The notes under the pieces were generated by a model. It searched no databases and was not told where the DNA came from. It saw only the letters and a program-made list of their open reading frames with translations. A stretch of 64,000 nucleotides of DNA from Antechinus flavipes (Eukaryota), in contig NC_067404.1 in assembly GCF_016432865.1 (NCBI RefSeq), positions 84,692,001-84,756,000 of the forward strand, in the 5' to 3' direction. How positions within the stretch are numbered: the first letter of the stretch is position 1; each line of letters begins with the position of its first letter. Shown here in pieces: positions 1-13,999 of this stretch. The position numbers were made by a program, and so were the translations under genes.

Positions 1-1085
1 TGCTATAATCTCAATAGATGCAGAAAAAAAGTTTTTGATAAAATGTAGCACCCATTCCAATTAAAAACATTAGAGAGCATAGGGATAAAGGAAGCTTTCC
101 TTAAAATAATAAGCAGAATCAATCTAAAACCAACAGCAAGCATTATCTGTAATGGAGAAAAGCTGGATGCATTACCAGTAAGATCAGGGGTGAAACAAGG
201 ATGCCCAATATCATCACTATTATTCAGTATTATACTAGAAATGCTGGCTTTAGCAATAAGAAAAGAAAAAGAAATGAGAGGCATTAGAATAGGCAATGAG
301 GAAATACAATGATCACTCTCTGCAGATGATGTGATGATATACTTAAAGAATCCTAGAAAATCATCCAGAAACCTACTGGAAACAATTCACAGCTGTAGCA
401 AAGTTGCAGGATACAAAGTAAACCCATACAAATCATCAGCATTTCTATATATTACTGACAAAGCCCATCAGCAAGAGATAGAAAGAAATGCCATTTAAAA
501 TTACCGTAGACAAAATAAAATACTCGGGGGTCTACCTGCCAAGACAAACCCAAGAACTATATGAACACAATTAAAAAACATTTCTCACAGAAATAAAATC
601 AGATCTAACCAATTGGAAAAATAGCTATTGTTCATGGCTAGATTGAGCTAATATAATAAAAATGACAATTCTGCCTAAATTGGTCTACTTGTTCAATGCC
701 ATACCAAACTGCCAGAACATGATTTTATAGAACTAGAAAAAATAATGACAAAATTCATCTAGAAGCACAAAAGGTCATCAAGGGAATTAATGGGAAAAAA
801 ATACCAAGAATAATGGCTTAGCAGTACCAGATCTAAAACTGTATTTATAAAGCAGCAGTCATCAAAACCATTTGGTACTGGCTAAGAAATAGAGTGATGG
901 ATCAGTGGAATAGATTAGCTACACAAGGCACAATAGTCAAGGCCTATAGCAATCTAATATTTGATAAACCCCCAAACTCCAGCTTCTGGAATAAGACAAA
1001 AATTGTTGGGAAAACTGGAAAATAATGTCAGAAACTTGGCACAGACCTACATCTCAGACCCCATACCAAAATAAGGTTAAAATGG
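1..1085 (+). mobile_element. LINE-1 ORF2 fragment (reverse transcriptase region and downstream), inactivated
   Basis: Translation gives L1 RT motifs (...SGVKQGCPISSLLFSIILEMLALAIR..., SADDVMIYL, SKVAGYKVN) with in-frame stops and frameshifts. Confidence 0.9.
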
Positions 1086-2272
1086 GATTTTTTTAAAAAG
1101 TGTTTCTAGAATTCCAAGTGAAAGTTAAGCTTGTCGGCCTCTTACTTGTTAGTGACAGTATCCCCTTTTTTTTGAAAGTTGGGACCTCTGCCCTTCTGTC
1201 TATCTATTCTACCTGCTCTTTCAAAGATCAGTGCCAGAGACTGAGGAATCACATTGGCTCAGGACAGATGGCCCCCGAGATGTAAGGCGTCTGTGCCAAA
1301 CAACTTGATTTTATCCAAGGCATCTTGACACCTTGAGTGTCCACTCCAGATTAGCTCATTTAACCCATGAAAAAGGAAGGAATAAGCAAATCAATTGAGG
1401 AAACAAAGCCTTAATGAAGGGAGAACAGAGAGAAGAAGAAGAGAAGGGCTAAATGCCACTAGGATCTATCAGAACATGGGGAGAGAATGGCAGGGCCCTG
1501 CACATTGCAGGACAGACTGTGAGGGGCAAGTGGACCTAATTCAGGCAAAGGGATCAGACATGGGAGTGAATCAGAGGCCCAGGCCCTGGGCTTGCCCTTG
1601 GGAGCCATTTTCAAGTTTTCACTAATGAGCTCTCCCGGCACCTCCTTACAGAGAAGCCACCTCTTCCCCTCGGCCTCATTACCCAACAATCCAAGGGGAG
1701 AGTGTTCAAAGTTACCTGGGGACTTGTTAGACAGATCCCATTAGTTAAGGATCATTAGGATGATGAGCCAAGAGCCCTATTCCCAGGGCAGAGCCTCCCC
1801 ATCCACTCCTGGGCCCTATCCCTATGCACCAGACCTCAGAATTAATAGTGAAACAAAACTTTTCCAGTCTTTGGGGAGACTGTTCCCTGTTGCCTGAATC
1901 AATCATCTTTCAGTCAAGGAAGCTGATGGGTCAGCTTCAGTCTCCATCTCAGCCCCTAGCTTATGTAATGACCCCAGCAAAGTCCCTTCTGTACCATCTT
2001 GAGAGGCAGCAGTTGGAGAATGGAGCCAGGAGCCCCGTCTCTGAATCCCTTAGCCTCTTGCAATTTCATTTTGCTCATCAATAAGGTTCTGTTGGAAGGC
2101 CAATGCTTTACCAACCTTGGAATGGGGATAAGTATGGCTGGATTCAGTGGTCTCTTAAGTGGCTTCCTGGCCCTAAAATTCTGAGACCTAGAAGATGATC
2201 GAAAGGATCCCTATGAAATAAGGATGAAAATGACATCAGATTTTCGATTGTCGGGCTGGAGAAACTTAGACT

Positions 2273-2459
2273 TTAACATGGGAGGAAGGAGGAAGCTGAA
2301 AATGATTCTAAAAAGGGACATGATTTTAATGGCAAGCAATAGGATGGGGAGCAGCTATATGAAGCAAAAAAGAAACAGAGAGACAGAAAGATAAGAGACA
2401 AAGACCAAGAGAGAATGGGAGAAAGACAGAAAGACATGGAGGGACGGAGGGAGGGAAGA

Positions 2460-2498
<39 letters not shown>

Positions 2499-2660
2499 GA
2501 ACAGATGGTGAGATAAAGGGGACAATAATTTGAAAGGAAGAAAGAGAGAGATGGGGAAGGAAGGGGAAAGAGAGAAGGAGGAAGAGAGTGGGAGGAGAGA
2601 GGAGGGGTGGAGACAGACAGACGCAGAGAGACAGAAAGAGTCTTGAATGCCAAAGAGAGG
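2273..2660 (+). repeat. GA-rich low-complexity tract including a (GA)n microsatellite at ~2463-2493
   Basis: Seen directly in the sequence. Confidence 0.9.
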
Positions 2661-3189
2661 CTCAGAAAGAATACTGCGAGATTTCAAAGGCTTGGGCAAA
2701 ATTATTACCCTTTGATCTATATCTTGGACAATGAATGGGGACCAGAAATAAACCAGAGGGGAAGAAAAGGACAGGTGGTCTTTGGGAATTGTAAAATTCC
2801 CTTAGTGACCCCAGACTTTTCCCTGAAGTTTTTTTTTTCCATTCTGACAGTCTACTAATTCGATGGTAATGCATTATACCTGATAGTCTCCAATGACTTA
2901 AAAATTATGATCTTATAAATGGTGATGGAGTTCCATGAGCTAGCTACAACACAGCAGTGAAGAACAAAAAGAGTAAAGAAATCCACTGGGGGGGAAATGG
3001 ATTGTTCACATGCCAAGACTGAAGTATGACTGAGGAATATATAACCCCAATAAGTTTGTGAGAGGACTTAGTCTGAGCTAGCTTGCATGGGCCAAGATAC
3101 ACCTCCTGGGGAAAATCCCTCTCAATAGCATTACATTCCCACGACAGAACATTTGAATATCTTTAAAAAGAAGCATTTAAAAGAAGTCC

Positions 3190-3925
3190 CTACTATGCTC
3201 AAAAAGTTATCAAACTGCACATCCTTTGACCCAGCAGTGTTTCTATTGGGCTTATATCCCAAAGAGATTTTAAAGACGGGAAAGGGACCCATGTATACAA
3301 AAATGTTTGTGGCAGCCCTCTCTGTAGTGGCCAGAAACTGGAAACTGAGTAGATGCTCGTCAATTGGAAAATGGCTGAATAAGTTATAGGATATGAATGT
3401 TATGGAATATTATTATTGTGTAAGAAATGAATACAGAGAGGCCTGGAGAAACTTACATGAACTGATGCTGAGTGAAGTGAACAGAACCAGGAGAACATTA
3501 TACATGGCAACAACAATACTATATGACAATCAATTCTGATGGATGTGGCTCTCATCAACAATGAGATGATTCAAACCAGTTCCAACTGTTCAGTGAAGAG
3601 AGCCATCTACCTCAAGAGAGAGGCCTGTGGGAGCTGAATATCTACAACATAACACTCTCACGTCTTTTTTTGTTGCTCGCTTGCACTTTATTTTGTTTCT
3701 CTTTTTTTTTCTTGTGCAGCACAATAAGCGTATAAATCTTTATGCATATATTGGATATAACATATATTTCTACCATGTTTAACATGTAATGGACTACTTG
3801 TTATCTAGGGGAGGGCATGGGGGAAGGCGGGGAAATCAGAACACAGGCTTTTGCCAGGGCTAATGGTGAAGAATTGTCCACGCATATGTTTTGAAAAATA
3901 AAAGGCTTTAATTTAAAAAAGAAGA
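3190..3925 (+). mobile_element. LINE-1 3' end (ORF2 C-terminus, 3'UTR, A-rich tail)
   Basis: FDPAVFLLGLYPKEILK...MFVAALSVVARNWKLSRCSSIGKWLNKL is the L1 ORF2 C-terminus. A G-rich 3'UTR, AATAAA and an A-rich tail follow. Confidence 0.9.
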
Positions 3926-4419
3926 AAATGATATATGTATATAATCAGAAAAAAGAAAACAATTAAAAAGAAATATTAAATAAATAGAATAAAATAAATA
4001 AATAAATAAAGTACCTAATGAGAGCTGACTTATTGGAGTGAGGGATAGTATGTCCAAATAAGCCAATTATTTTTTCCTGGGTATAAACTAGACAATCCTG
4101 ATTCTGAGAGAATATTTCAATATTTACTATGACTGATAGTTCATCAATGAGGATGTCTCCTCCAGTGATACAGATCTCAGCCTATTCAGGTCTGCCCATA
4201 AGCAGCCTTCCATTTTTTAATGGCATTTTATTATTGACTCCTTTGTGGGAGTCTCTTCCTCCTAGAATCCATCTTAGACAAGAGACCTTTCCCCAGTGAC
4301 TGCATGTATTTTCTTGATTTGCCTACTCAGGCACCAATCCCAGAATCTCAGCCTAACCAAAAAGCCCCTCAACAATTCATCCTGTCAGCCTTTGCTTGAA
4401 GACTGAGGTAGAACTCACT

Positions 4420-5170
4420 ATCAGTCAATCAATGGACAAGCATTTCTAAAATACTTTTTTTTTTATTGAGGCAATTGGGACTAAGTGACTTGCCCAGGGT
4501 CACACAGCTAGGAAGTATTAAGTGTCTGAGACCAGATTTGAACTTAGGTCCTCCTGACTTCAGGGCTGGTGCTCTATCCACTGTGCCACCTAGCTGCCCC
4601 TCTTAAGTACCTTTTAGATGCCAGATATAGTGTTTGGATCTGGCAATATAGAGACAAAGGTGAAACAGCCCCTGCCCTCATGAAGCTTCCATTCTACTAG
4701 TGGGATACAACAGGTTCCTAGATAAATATAAGATAAATGAAACATAAATTTGAAGTAATGGGTAGAGAGAGGTATCAACAACTTAAGAAATCAAAGAGTT
4801 ATACAGCCCTGGAGCTGCACCTTGAAGAAAGTCTAAAAGAATCAAGAAAAAGAGGTGAAGATGGAGGACATTCCAAATTTGGAGGAAAATGTGTGCAAAG
4901 GCAAGGAGGCAGGAGATAAGATGCTTGCAAAGGGAACAGCCTGCAGCATAGAGTCATTCTGGAAAGAGGCTAGAACTGGATTAGGAAAGGCCAAAGGTAG
5001 GTCTTAGAGACCAGGGAGAGCCCTTGAAGTTTCTTGAGAAAGAGTGTCATGGTCAGACCTATACTTCAGGAAGATCATTTTGACTGCTGAGTAGAGAATG
5101 GACTAGAGTAGAGAGAGACTGGAGACAAGGAAGTCAATGAGAGGCTATTGCAGCAGTGCAGGCAAGAGCC
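4420..5170 (-). mobile_element. LINE-2 3' fragment, interrupted by a WSINE1-type SINE
   Basis: L2 tail (tcagtcaatcaatggacaagcattt) and typical L2 body motifs (cctgccctcatgaagcttccattcta; gatcattttgactgctgagtagagaatgga). Confidence 0.7.
4455..4600 (-). mobile_element. WSINE1/Mar1-type tRNA-derived CORE-SINE, full length
   Basis: The minus strand reads GGGGCAGCTAGGTGGCACAGTGGATAGAGCACCAGCCCTGAAGTCAGGAGGACCTAAGTTCAAATC..., with Pol III A/B boxes, CORE and a poly(A) tail. Confidence 0.9.
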
Positions 5171-5199
5171 CAGGAGGGATTGGACATATTCAAAAATTA

Positions 5200-6200
5200 A
5201 ATTCCAGGGGCAGAGCCAAGGTGGCAAAGAAAAGGCAGAGACTCATCTGATTTCTGCCCTAAATCCTTCCAAACACCTTTTAAAAATGCCCCCAAACAAA
5301 TGCTGGAGTGGTAGAACCAAGACAACTTGGAAGGTCAGCAGGAAAGTCTGTTGCACCAGGGTAAGATGAAACACAGTCCAGAACAGGCTGTTCCACCACA
5401 GATTAAGCTCCAGCAAACCAGAAGCAGGCCTTAGGAGTGATTGAATCAGTGGTAACAATGGCAGTTTTCAGGACTCTCAACCCACAGACAAAAGAACCAA
5501 AACTTACAGCTTTCCAGAATTACTTCCGAAAATTGCTACACAGAAAACCCTGAAGCTTGGAATAGTATATTCTCCATGCCAGAAGCAGAGTCCCATGTAG
5601 CATAGAACTAAAAGTCAAGAAATAGGCTGGAAAACAAACACAGAAAAAGATCCCGATTATAGCAAGTTACTGCGGTGACATGGAAGATCAGAACACAAAC
5701 TCAGAAGACAACAAAGTCAAAACTCCTACACCCAAAGCCTCAAAAAAAAATTTATGAATTGTCCCCAGGTCATGGAAGAGCTCAAAAATTATTTTAAAAA
5801 CTAAGTAAGAGATGTAGAAGATAAATTGGGAAGAGAAATAAGAATGATGAAAGAAAATCATGAAAAAAGAATCAACAGCTTGGTAAAGGAGGCACAAAAA
5901 AATAATGAAGGAAATAACACCTTAAAAACAGAATAAGTCAAAAATCCAATGAAGAGAAGAACACCTTAAAAAGTAGAATTGGCCAAATGGAAAAGGAGGT
6001 ACAAAATCTCACTGTAGAAAATAATTCCTCAAAAATTAGAATTGAACAAGTGGAAGTTAATGACTTTGAGACACCAAGAAACAAAGAAAGTAAAAAGAAT
6101 TTTAAAAATAGAAGAAAATGTGAAATATCTCATTGGGAAAAAACTGACTTGGAAAATAGATCCAAGAGAGAGAGTTTAAGAGTTATTTGTCTTGAAAATG
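5200..6200 (+). mobile_element. LINE-1 5'UTR and ORF1 N-terminal coiled-coil fragment
   Basis: L1-like start GGCAGAGCCAAGGTGGC; ORF1-like translation MEKEVQNLTVENNSSKIRIEQVEVND. Confidence 0.75.
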
Positions 6201-7434
6201 ATATCTATATCTATAATCTATCTAACACTATATAAGAGCAAAAGAATTAGAGTTGCAGCTGAAAATATCATATCCAGAAAAGTTAAGCATAATCCTGAAT
6301 GGAAAAAAAAATATTTAACAAATTTTCAACCTTTCAGGATTTTGTTGCAAAAAGACTTGAACTTAATAGAAAATTGGACATAAAGAAGATCTGATAAAAA
6401 TATAAGGTAAACAAAGACTAATTACAAGGGCTTCAACAAGGACAAACTGTTTACTTTTCATACCCGGAAATGTAAACCATATGTATAAGACTGTCATTAA
6501 TTCAAAAAAAAGATTAAGATAGAGCTGATTATGATGTGATTCTAAGAAGCAAAATCATGTAGGAAAAGGTAAAAAGATTATTTTATACAAATGAGGGTCA
6601 AGAGGAAGAACTGACACAGAGTGAGGAGGAGGACTTATACTCATCAGGAATGGGTTAAAGAGGGAGCAATATACATGGATATGGATACAGATCTGTGTTA
6701 AAGAGAGAATAACAGACACATTTAGAAGGGAATAAAAGTCTTCTAAATTTATAAAGAAATAATAGGGTCAGGGAATAGGATATGGAGGGTGGGGTGTAGA
6801 AGGCTGTGTAGATTAATGAGAATGGGATAAAGAGGGAACAACATATATATTTGAAAGGCTATAAAAGTCTCCTAAATTCAGATAAAAAGGAGGGCAAGGG
6901 GAAAGGGAGGGGAAAGAAGGGGTGATTCTTAGGGGAGGGAGGTAAGTAAAAAGAAAGCAAGGTCATGGGTAAAAGTAAAACAAAGGAGTCAAGAGGGGTA
7001 AGAAATAAAAGAAATACATAAACATCATAGAGATCAGGAGTAGAATTTATTATGGGGAGAAAAGCTTGGGTACTAATCATGATCTCAAAGTTAAAGCTAA
7101 AATATATTTAATTAAAAGAACACTATATATGACACTATATATATGACATACATATAATACTATATGTCATCCATCGATTAATATATTTCAGTAATCAATC
7201 AATTCAAAATCAATCAGTTTTAGATTATTTCAAATAACTACACAGTACAAAGTCAAAATATTGCTGTGGTGTACGAAATAATGAGTTGATAGAGTTAGAA
7301 AAATATGAAAAGACTCAGACTTATAAAGATGTCATCCACTTTCAAAAAACAAAGGACAAAGAATAGTGTGGTCTTACATACATGTATATGAAATATATGT
7401 GTATATGGTTGTATGATTACAGATATGTATGTAG

Positions 7435-7449
7435 GTGTGTGTGTGTGTA

Positions 7450-7487
<38 letters not shown>
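7435..7487 (+). repeat. (TG)n microsatellite
   Basis: Seen directly in the sequence. Confidence 0.95.
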
Positions 7488-7488
<1 letters not shown>

Positions 7489-7739
7489 CCTCAATTGTGG
7501 ACTTCTTGGAGGAGAAGGGGAGGAAAAAGAAAAAAAGAAGAAAGTAAAAAATGCACTGCAGAAAACAAAAGAAAACTTACAAGGAAGCAAAGAAAAGATG
7601 GACAGTCGTATTTATTTAGGTTTCTTGAAATGAAAATTTATTGCTTTATAGTTTAAATCCTCTCTAATATTCTGCTGTGTATATGGCAATTTTTTCTTTT
7701 TCTATTTAATGTTTAAATAAGTAATTATTTTTAAATTTT

Positions 7740-8850
7740 TTAAAGATTTATTGGATAAACTGAAAGCCATGATCAAAAAATAAGCCTAAACCTTATTTTT
7801 AAAGAAATTATCCAAAAAACTGCCCTGATAATCTAGAACTTGGGAGTAAAATAGAAATTGGAAGAAGCAATCAATAGCCTTCTGAAAAAGATCTCAAAAT
7901 GCAAACTCCCAAAAATATTATAGCTAAATTTCAGAGCTCCCAAGTCAAGGAGAAAATAGAAGCAAAGCAGCCAAAAAAGAAACAATTCAAATATCAAGGA
8001 GCCACAGCCAAGGTAACACAAGATTTAGTAGTTTCTATATTAAAGGCTGGGAGCACTTGGAATACGATATTCTGGAGGACAAAAAAATCTAGAATTACAA
8101 TCGAAAATCACCTATCCAGCAAAACTAAGTATAATCCTTCAGGGAGAAAATGGATGTTCAATGAAATAAATGACTTTCAAGCATTCTTGATGAAAAGACC
8201 AGAGCTGAAGAGAAAATTTGAATTTCAAATACAAGACTCAAGAGAAACACAAAAAAGTAAACAAGAAAGAGAAATAAGGGATTTGATATGGTTAAAATGA
8301 AACATTCCTACATGGGAAAATAATATTTGTAACTTTTAAAATCTTTCTCATTGTTAGGGCAGGTAGAAGTACACATAAACAAAGGATACAAGTATGAGTT
8401 GAATATGATGAAATATTATCTAAAAATTAAATTAAATTAAGGGGTGAGAAAGAATAATGCACTGGGAGGAGGAAAGGAGAGGTAGAATGGGATAAATTAG
8501 CTGACAAAAGAAGGCTGAAAGAGATTTTACAGTGGGGGGAAATGGAATGAAGGTGGAGAGTAGGTAGTACATGAATCTTACTCTCAACAAAATTGGCTCA
8601 AATTGGGGATAACATACGTACATATTTGGGTGTAGAAATCTGTATTATCATACAGGAAAGTAGGAGGGGATGGAGATAAGAAAAGGGAAGGAATGATAAA
8701 AGGAAGAGAAAATTGAGGTAGGAGAAGCAAAACATTTTTAAATGGACAGGGTGAAAGGAGACAGAGAGTAGGATAAATGGGAGTGAGAGTCAGGGATTAG
8801 GATAAAGAGACAAACATAGTAATCATTAGTGTGAGAAAAAAATTACAGCA
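7740..8850 (+). mobile_element. LINE-1 ORF1 C-terminal half plus inter-ORF region
   Basis: ORF 7899-8300 (TPKNIIAKFQSSQVKEKI...VTQDL...WNTIF...FQAFLMKRPELKRKF) matches the L1 ORF1p RRM/CTD. Confidence 0.85.
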
Positions 8851-9090
8851 AATTTCTCTGATAAATACCTCATCTGTCAATAAATAGAAAACTAAGTCAA
8901 ATTTATAGAAATAAGAATACCAAAAACATTAGAGTAGAAAAGCCAACCTGTGTAGCAAATATCCTCAAAAAAACAAAAGAGAGAATTGTACCTTGGGAAT
9001 AAAAATATATGGAAGTGAAGAACAATCTGGAAGAAAAGAAGCAAAACGCAATAATGTTGAAAGAAATCTATGATGTCTCCACAAGCAAAA

Positions 9091-9329
9091 CATATTGATC
9101 TTTTTTTTTAATTTTTATTTAATAATTACTTTATATTGACAGAATCCATGCCAGGGTAATTTTTTTTACAACATTATCTCTTGCACTTGTTTCTGTTCCG
9201 ATTTTTCCCCTCCTTCCCTCCACCTCCTCCCCTAGATGGCAAGCAGTTTTATATATGTTAGATATGTTGCAGTATATCCTAGATACAATATATGTTTGCA
9301 GATCCGAACAGTTCTCCATATTGATCTTT
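9091..9329 (-). mobile_element. 5'-truncated LINE-1 insertion with 13-bp target-site duplication
   Basis: Poly(T) at ~9101 and an L1 3'UTR on the minus strand. TSD CATATTGATCTTT at 9091-9103 and 9317-9329. Confidence 0.85.
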
Positions 9330-12300
9330 AAAACAGGATATATAGAGACAATTCAAGCATTATAGGCTTTCCAAAAAAAAAAAAAAAAACATGGCAAGTT
9401 CAAAACACTGAATATCATAATGCAAAAAAAATTTAATTATACACACACACACACAATCCACAGATCACCCTCCAAAAATGGAAAAAATCATGGCTCAAAC
9501 TCCAAGATGCAGAATGGCTTAATTAAATTATTCCAGTGACAAATAACAAATTCTGAGCACAACCAAGAGAAATAAAGAATAACACATGACTGACTATTCT
9601 ACACTCACCAGATACCACTAAAGGGAATGGAATCATATATTCCAAAAAGCAAAGGAATTCAAAATGCAACTCGAAATGACACTCTACAAACCTGACCCAA
9701 AATCAATGAAAACGATAGACATTAAATAAGAGAGGTATTCCAAGCATTCCTTCAAAGAAAGAAACAGAGATGAGCAGGATTATCTATTTACCATACACCT
9801 GAAACAAGAAAGATGAATAAACATAACTGCTGAGGAAAATATAAATAACAAAAATAAATTATTCTATCTGTAGAGAGTATGTAAAGAAAAAAATTATTTT
9901 TAAGGGATCATTAAAGATTTCTTTCTAAATGTACATAAGGGATAAAGATGAAAGTAAAATGTAAAGAAATCAGATAAGTGACAGTAGAATAGCAAGTCTG
10001 AACTACCATGAACTAAATCTTGCAAACCTCCCCCCACAGATAAACTAAATTGCAAATTTTTTTGTTAATCATGGTTTCATTGCATATTTTCCTCTATCTT
10101 TCACCTTCCTTCTCCCCTTTTATGTACAATGAGATGGAATAACTTAAGGACACAGTTAAATTTCTGCCATGGGCAAGCCTTCTTTTCCCCCTCAATAATC
10201 AATACTCTAAGAGTGTAGCACAACAGATAAAAAGATCAAGGGAGAAAGATCTTATAAGACAATAACACAGAAATTAGAAGAGTAAATTCAGACAGTTCTT
10301 TAGAAGCTTTAATTTCATGAGGAATACAGAGAACAAACAAATCAATAACTATGAATCCGGGTTTAGAATAGACATAAAGAGAAGGAAATTAATGAAGTGA
10401 ATGAGGTAAAGAAATTTTTTAAAGAAGGTACAAAAAGAGAAGAAATACAAACAAACAAATCAGAGGAAAAGAGAGAGAGAGCTTTTGAATTAGCTATTTA
10501 ACTGAGAGGGGAAGAGGAAATAATAAGGGAAGAAATAGATAACTAAATAAAAGGAAGACACAAAATGGAATCGATAAGTTAAGTAAAAATCCAAAGACTA
10601 AGAAAAAAGCTAACAAAGGAACAAAAGAGGCATTTGAGGAAAAAAGAAAGAGAGCCTATAGGAATAGGGCTGTGCTAAAACAGATTCAGCAAAACCAATT
10701 AGGGGGACAAAGTACTGTCCTAAAAAAAGAAAAAGAACCAAAAAAAAAATCCAAATTCAAAAAAAAATATGTATATTTATGTATATACATATATGTATAT
10801 ATATATAATATACACATATATACACACATATATATGCATATATATTAGAGACAGAAAAGAAGGAAAATGTAAATCTTAACTTGCATAACTTTCTTAATAT
10901 TTCCAGAAAAACTAAAAGGAGATTTTTAATATGCTCCCACAATTCATAAAGGAAAAATTAATTGAGTTGCAAAAAGAAATTTTTTTAATTCAAACAAAAA
11001 TAATAGGATGCTTTAATATTCCTCTCTCAGAGCTCATCTAACAGAGAAACAATAGGAAAAGTGTAGAAATGAATAAATTGTTTAAAAAATAGAATTAAAA
11101 GATGTCATGTTTCAGGGACCCCTAAAAATATACTTTTTTTAAGCACAGAAGAGGAAATCTTGAAAATTAGAGGGGTAATAAATAAATTAGAAACAAGAAG
11201 ACTATAGAAATAATTAATTAAAAGCTGGTTCTTTGAAAAGATTAATACCAAAACTGATCAACATTTAGCCAACCCAAGGCTAAAAGAGGAAAGAAAATCA
11301 AAACAACAAAACAAAAAATCAAAAGGTAAAATCGAAATGAAACAAAAAAATTATCAGAATTTTCTGGGTACAGATATATACCAATACAACTGAGAACACA
11401 AAAGAAATATAGGAATGCCTTTAAAAATATACAAAATACTCTAACAAAACATCAGAGATCTTAAATAATCTCATCTCAGAAAAAAAGATATAAAAGTTGC
11501 TGTCAAGGAACTACCAAAAGAAACGAAAACAAAACAAACCAACCAAAAGCCTTGTGGTCCTGACAAATTTGCAATTATTCTACCAAACTTTTAAAGAACA
11601 ATGAAGAGCAACACTACAGAAATTACTTCCCAAATGGAGACAACAGCATATTTGCATGTTTGTTTTTTTGAGACAAATATAATGTGTATTAAAACCAAAT
11701 AAATTTACTTGAAAAAAAAAGAAAAAGCTACAAAAAAATTTTTAAATAGCCAAAAAAAAAAAAATCAGAAGAAAAACGGGGGAAGGTTTTTAATCAACAA
11801 CTTAACTGAGAGGGGAAAAAGGAAGGGTAAATGAAAGGGGGAGAATTCAGTAACTAAATAAAAAGGAAGAAACAAAATGTAATCAATAAGTTAAGTAAAA
11901 GTCCAAAATAAATATATTTATACAAGCTAACAGTTATCAGAAATCAAAGAAGTTATTTAGATGAGAATATACCAAATGGTACATAATGAATGAGTTCTCC
12001 CACTGGGACTGAAATATCTCAACTGAAGTAAAGAAGAGTCCTTGATCTCACCCAAGAGAAACTCCCTGAAGTCTCTAGTAATAGAGATAAAATCACCACG
12101 TGCCAGCCTTTCTATGACAGCTTCTTCCCTGAGTTTTTCTGTCCCTTCAGGTACTTAAAGAGAATCTGGAACCATGTATCTTCTTGCTTAAAACTGGAAA
12201 CTAGAAGAGTAGGATCTCTCTTCTCCCAAGCTCTCATCATTTCTACTCTTCACACAGGCATAGAGCATTGAGTAATCAATCTCTACCAGCAAGTGAGTCC

Positions 12301-12364
12301 TATGCAAATAAACTTTGGGCTGTGAGTTACAACAAAAATGTGGGTTGCTTAGGAAAATACTCCC

Positions 12365-13070
12365 TGTAATGTTCTTCTTTAAATTATAATCGTTCTCTGG
12401 GAGCAGGTTTCTTGGGGGGCTTCTGGAGGCAGCCTTTGTTTCAGTTCAGATCAATAATCACCTCAAATGCAGCCAGGAGTTAAAGTCCAAATCCTTTATT
12501 GTTTCCTTTTAAGTCTTGTCTCTTTCCTGGGGTCCGGTTAGCTTTCTTGGAGGCTTATCTCTCTCCTTAGTTCCTGCCACTAGTCCTTTGCCTCTGCCAG
12601 CTTCTGCCTCTGCTCCCTCCGAATCTCCAGCCAGCACAAAGGTGGAATATGGAATGAATCTGACTCCGCCTCCAAGAGTGGGCTTGTGTCTTAGTCAGCT
12701 TGTCCTTTAGTGGGCTCCTCCTTACATATGCTCTTTTAAATGTGTGAATCTTGTGGAACTCTAATAAGTACTAAGTATATTAGTGAACTAGAGAACTGTT
12801 AAGTACTAGGCTAAATTAGACAACTGACTTAGCACCTTGTAAGAATTCTAACATCTCCTGCTTTCTTTTGATTTTAGAACATAGGTGGTCATGACCTCCC
12901 TGACTTCTCAAGGAGGTGAGAACCCCAAAAAAGAAGGTGATCACGCCTTCCCTGACTACTCAAAAAAGAAGTGAAAACACCATAAAAAGAAGGTGGTCAC
13001 ATCCTCCCTGACATCTCAGGAAGGGAGATGAAAACACCAGAGGAAATGGGAAATCAAATCAGAACTCCCT
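12365..13070 (-). mobile_element. ERV fragment: LTR (12365-12853) with adjoining polypurine tract and ~200 bp of internal sequence
   Basis: TG...CA termini; AATAAA on the minus strand (12495-12500); purine tract AAAAGAAAGCAGGAGA directly 5' of TGTTAG on the minus strand. Confidence 0.6.
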
Positions 13071-13479
13071 ATTTGATAAGAACTTCTGAGAAAATTGGAA
13101 AACAATCTGGCAGAAATTGTTTCTAGAACAACATCTTCTACTGTATCCCACAAAAATTTAAAAATAGATGTGTGACCTGAATATTAAAGATCATACTATA
13201 AAAAGATTAGAAAAGAAGCACATTAAAAACACCTTTCACAGCTAGAGTTAAGAAGATATATTCTTAACTAAACAAGGGATAGAGGCAAATACAGACGATA
13301 AAATATGGCATTTTGATTATGTAATATCGACAAGCTTTTGCACAAATAAAATAAAATTAATGCATTTAGGACAAAAAGTGAAGCAATGAAATAGGGCAAA
13401 AATGTTTGCATCAAATGTCTTGGATAAGAGTTTGGTATCCAAGCTACACAGACAACCAACAGAAATACATATAACCAAA

Positions 13480-13985
13480 ATCCTTCTCTTTCTCCTCTTC
13501 CTCGTCTTTTTCCTCCCCCTCCTTGTCTTTTTCCTCCCCCTCCTCCTCCTTCTTCCTCAAAGAGGACCAAATTGACATCACTACATTGGAATCAAAGTAC
13601 AGCGTGTCTTCCTGTGGTCAATCAAACCAATTCAAGCTCAGAAAACTGGATCACAGGTAGGGCATAAATCATCCACATGAACATTTAGATTGGAGATATC
13701 TCTCCCCTCTAAAGTTTGCAATCTCACATTTCTTTTGAGCTACTGAAATTTGGCTTTGCTCCGAGAGTACAGGACCTTCTTGGCTGCTAGATACCCTGCT
13801 GTGTGGTCCTTTGCCAGTGTCTCCCATGTTACACAATTTATTCCAAAGTTCTTCAGAAAGAACTTGAGAGTATCCTTGTATCGCTTCTTCTGACTACCAT
13901 GTGAGTGCCTGCCCTGTGTGACTTCTCCATAAAATGATCTTTTTGGCAAGCGTACATTTGGCATTACAACAAGGTGGCCAGCCCG
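13480..13985 (-). mobile_element. RTE-clade LINE 3' end
   Basis: MPNVRLPKRSFYGEVTQGRHSHGSQKKRYKDTLK is an RTE ORF C-terminus. The RTE 3' terminus (GTGATGTCAATTTGGTCCTCTT) and a simple-repeat tail follow. Confidence 0.8.
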
Positions 13986-13999
13986 GCAGAGTTTCCACC

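Noticed and set aside
4455-4600. tRNA-like sequence with A/B boxes (also at 15437, 19405, 61283, 62642)
   Set aside because: These are SINE heads followed by CORE and poly(A), not tRNA genes.
10495-11915. ~100-bp segment present twice (~10500-10595 and ~11800-11910)
   Set aside because: It lies inside heavily decayed A-rich L1-derived sequence and is most simply two copies of the same repeat region.
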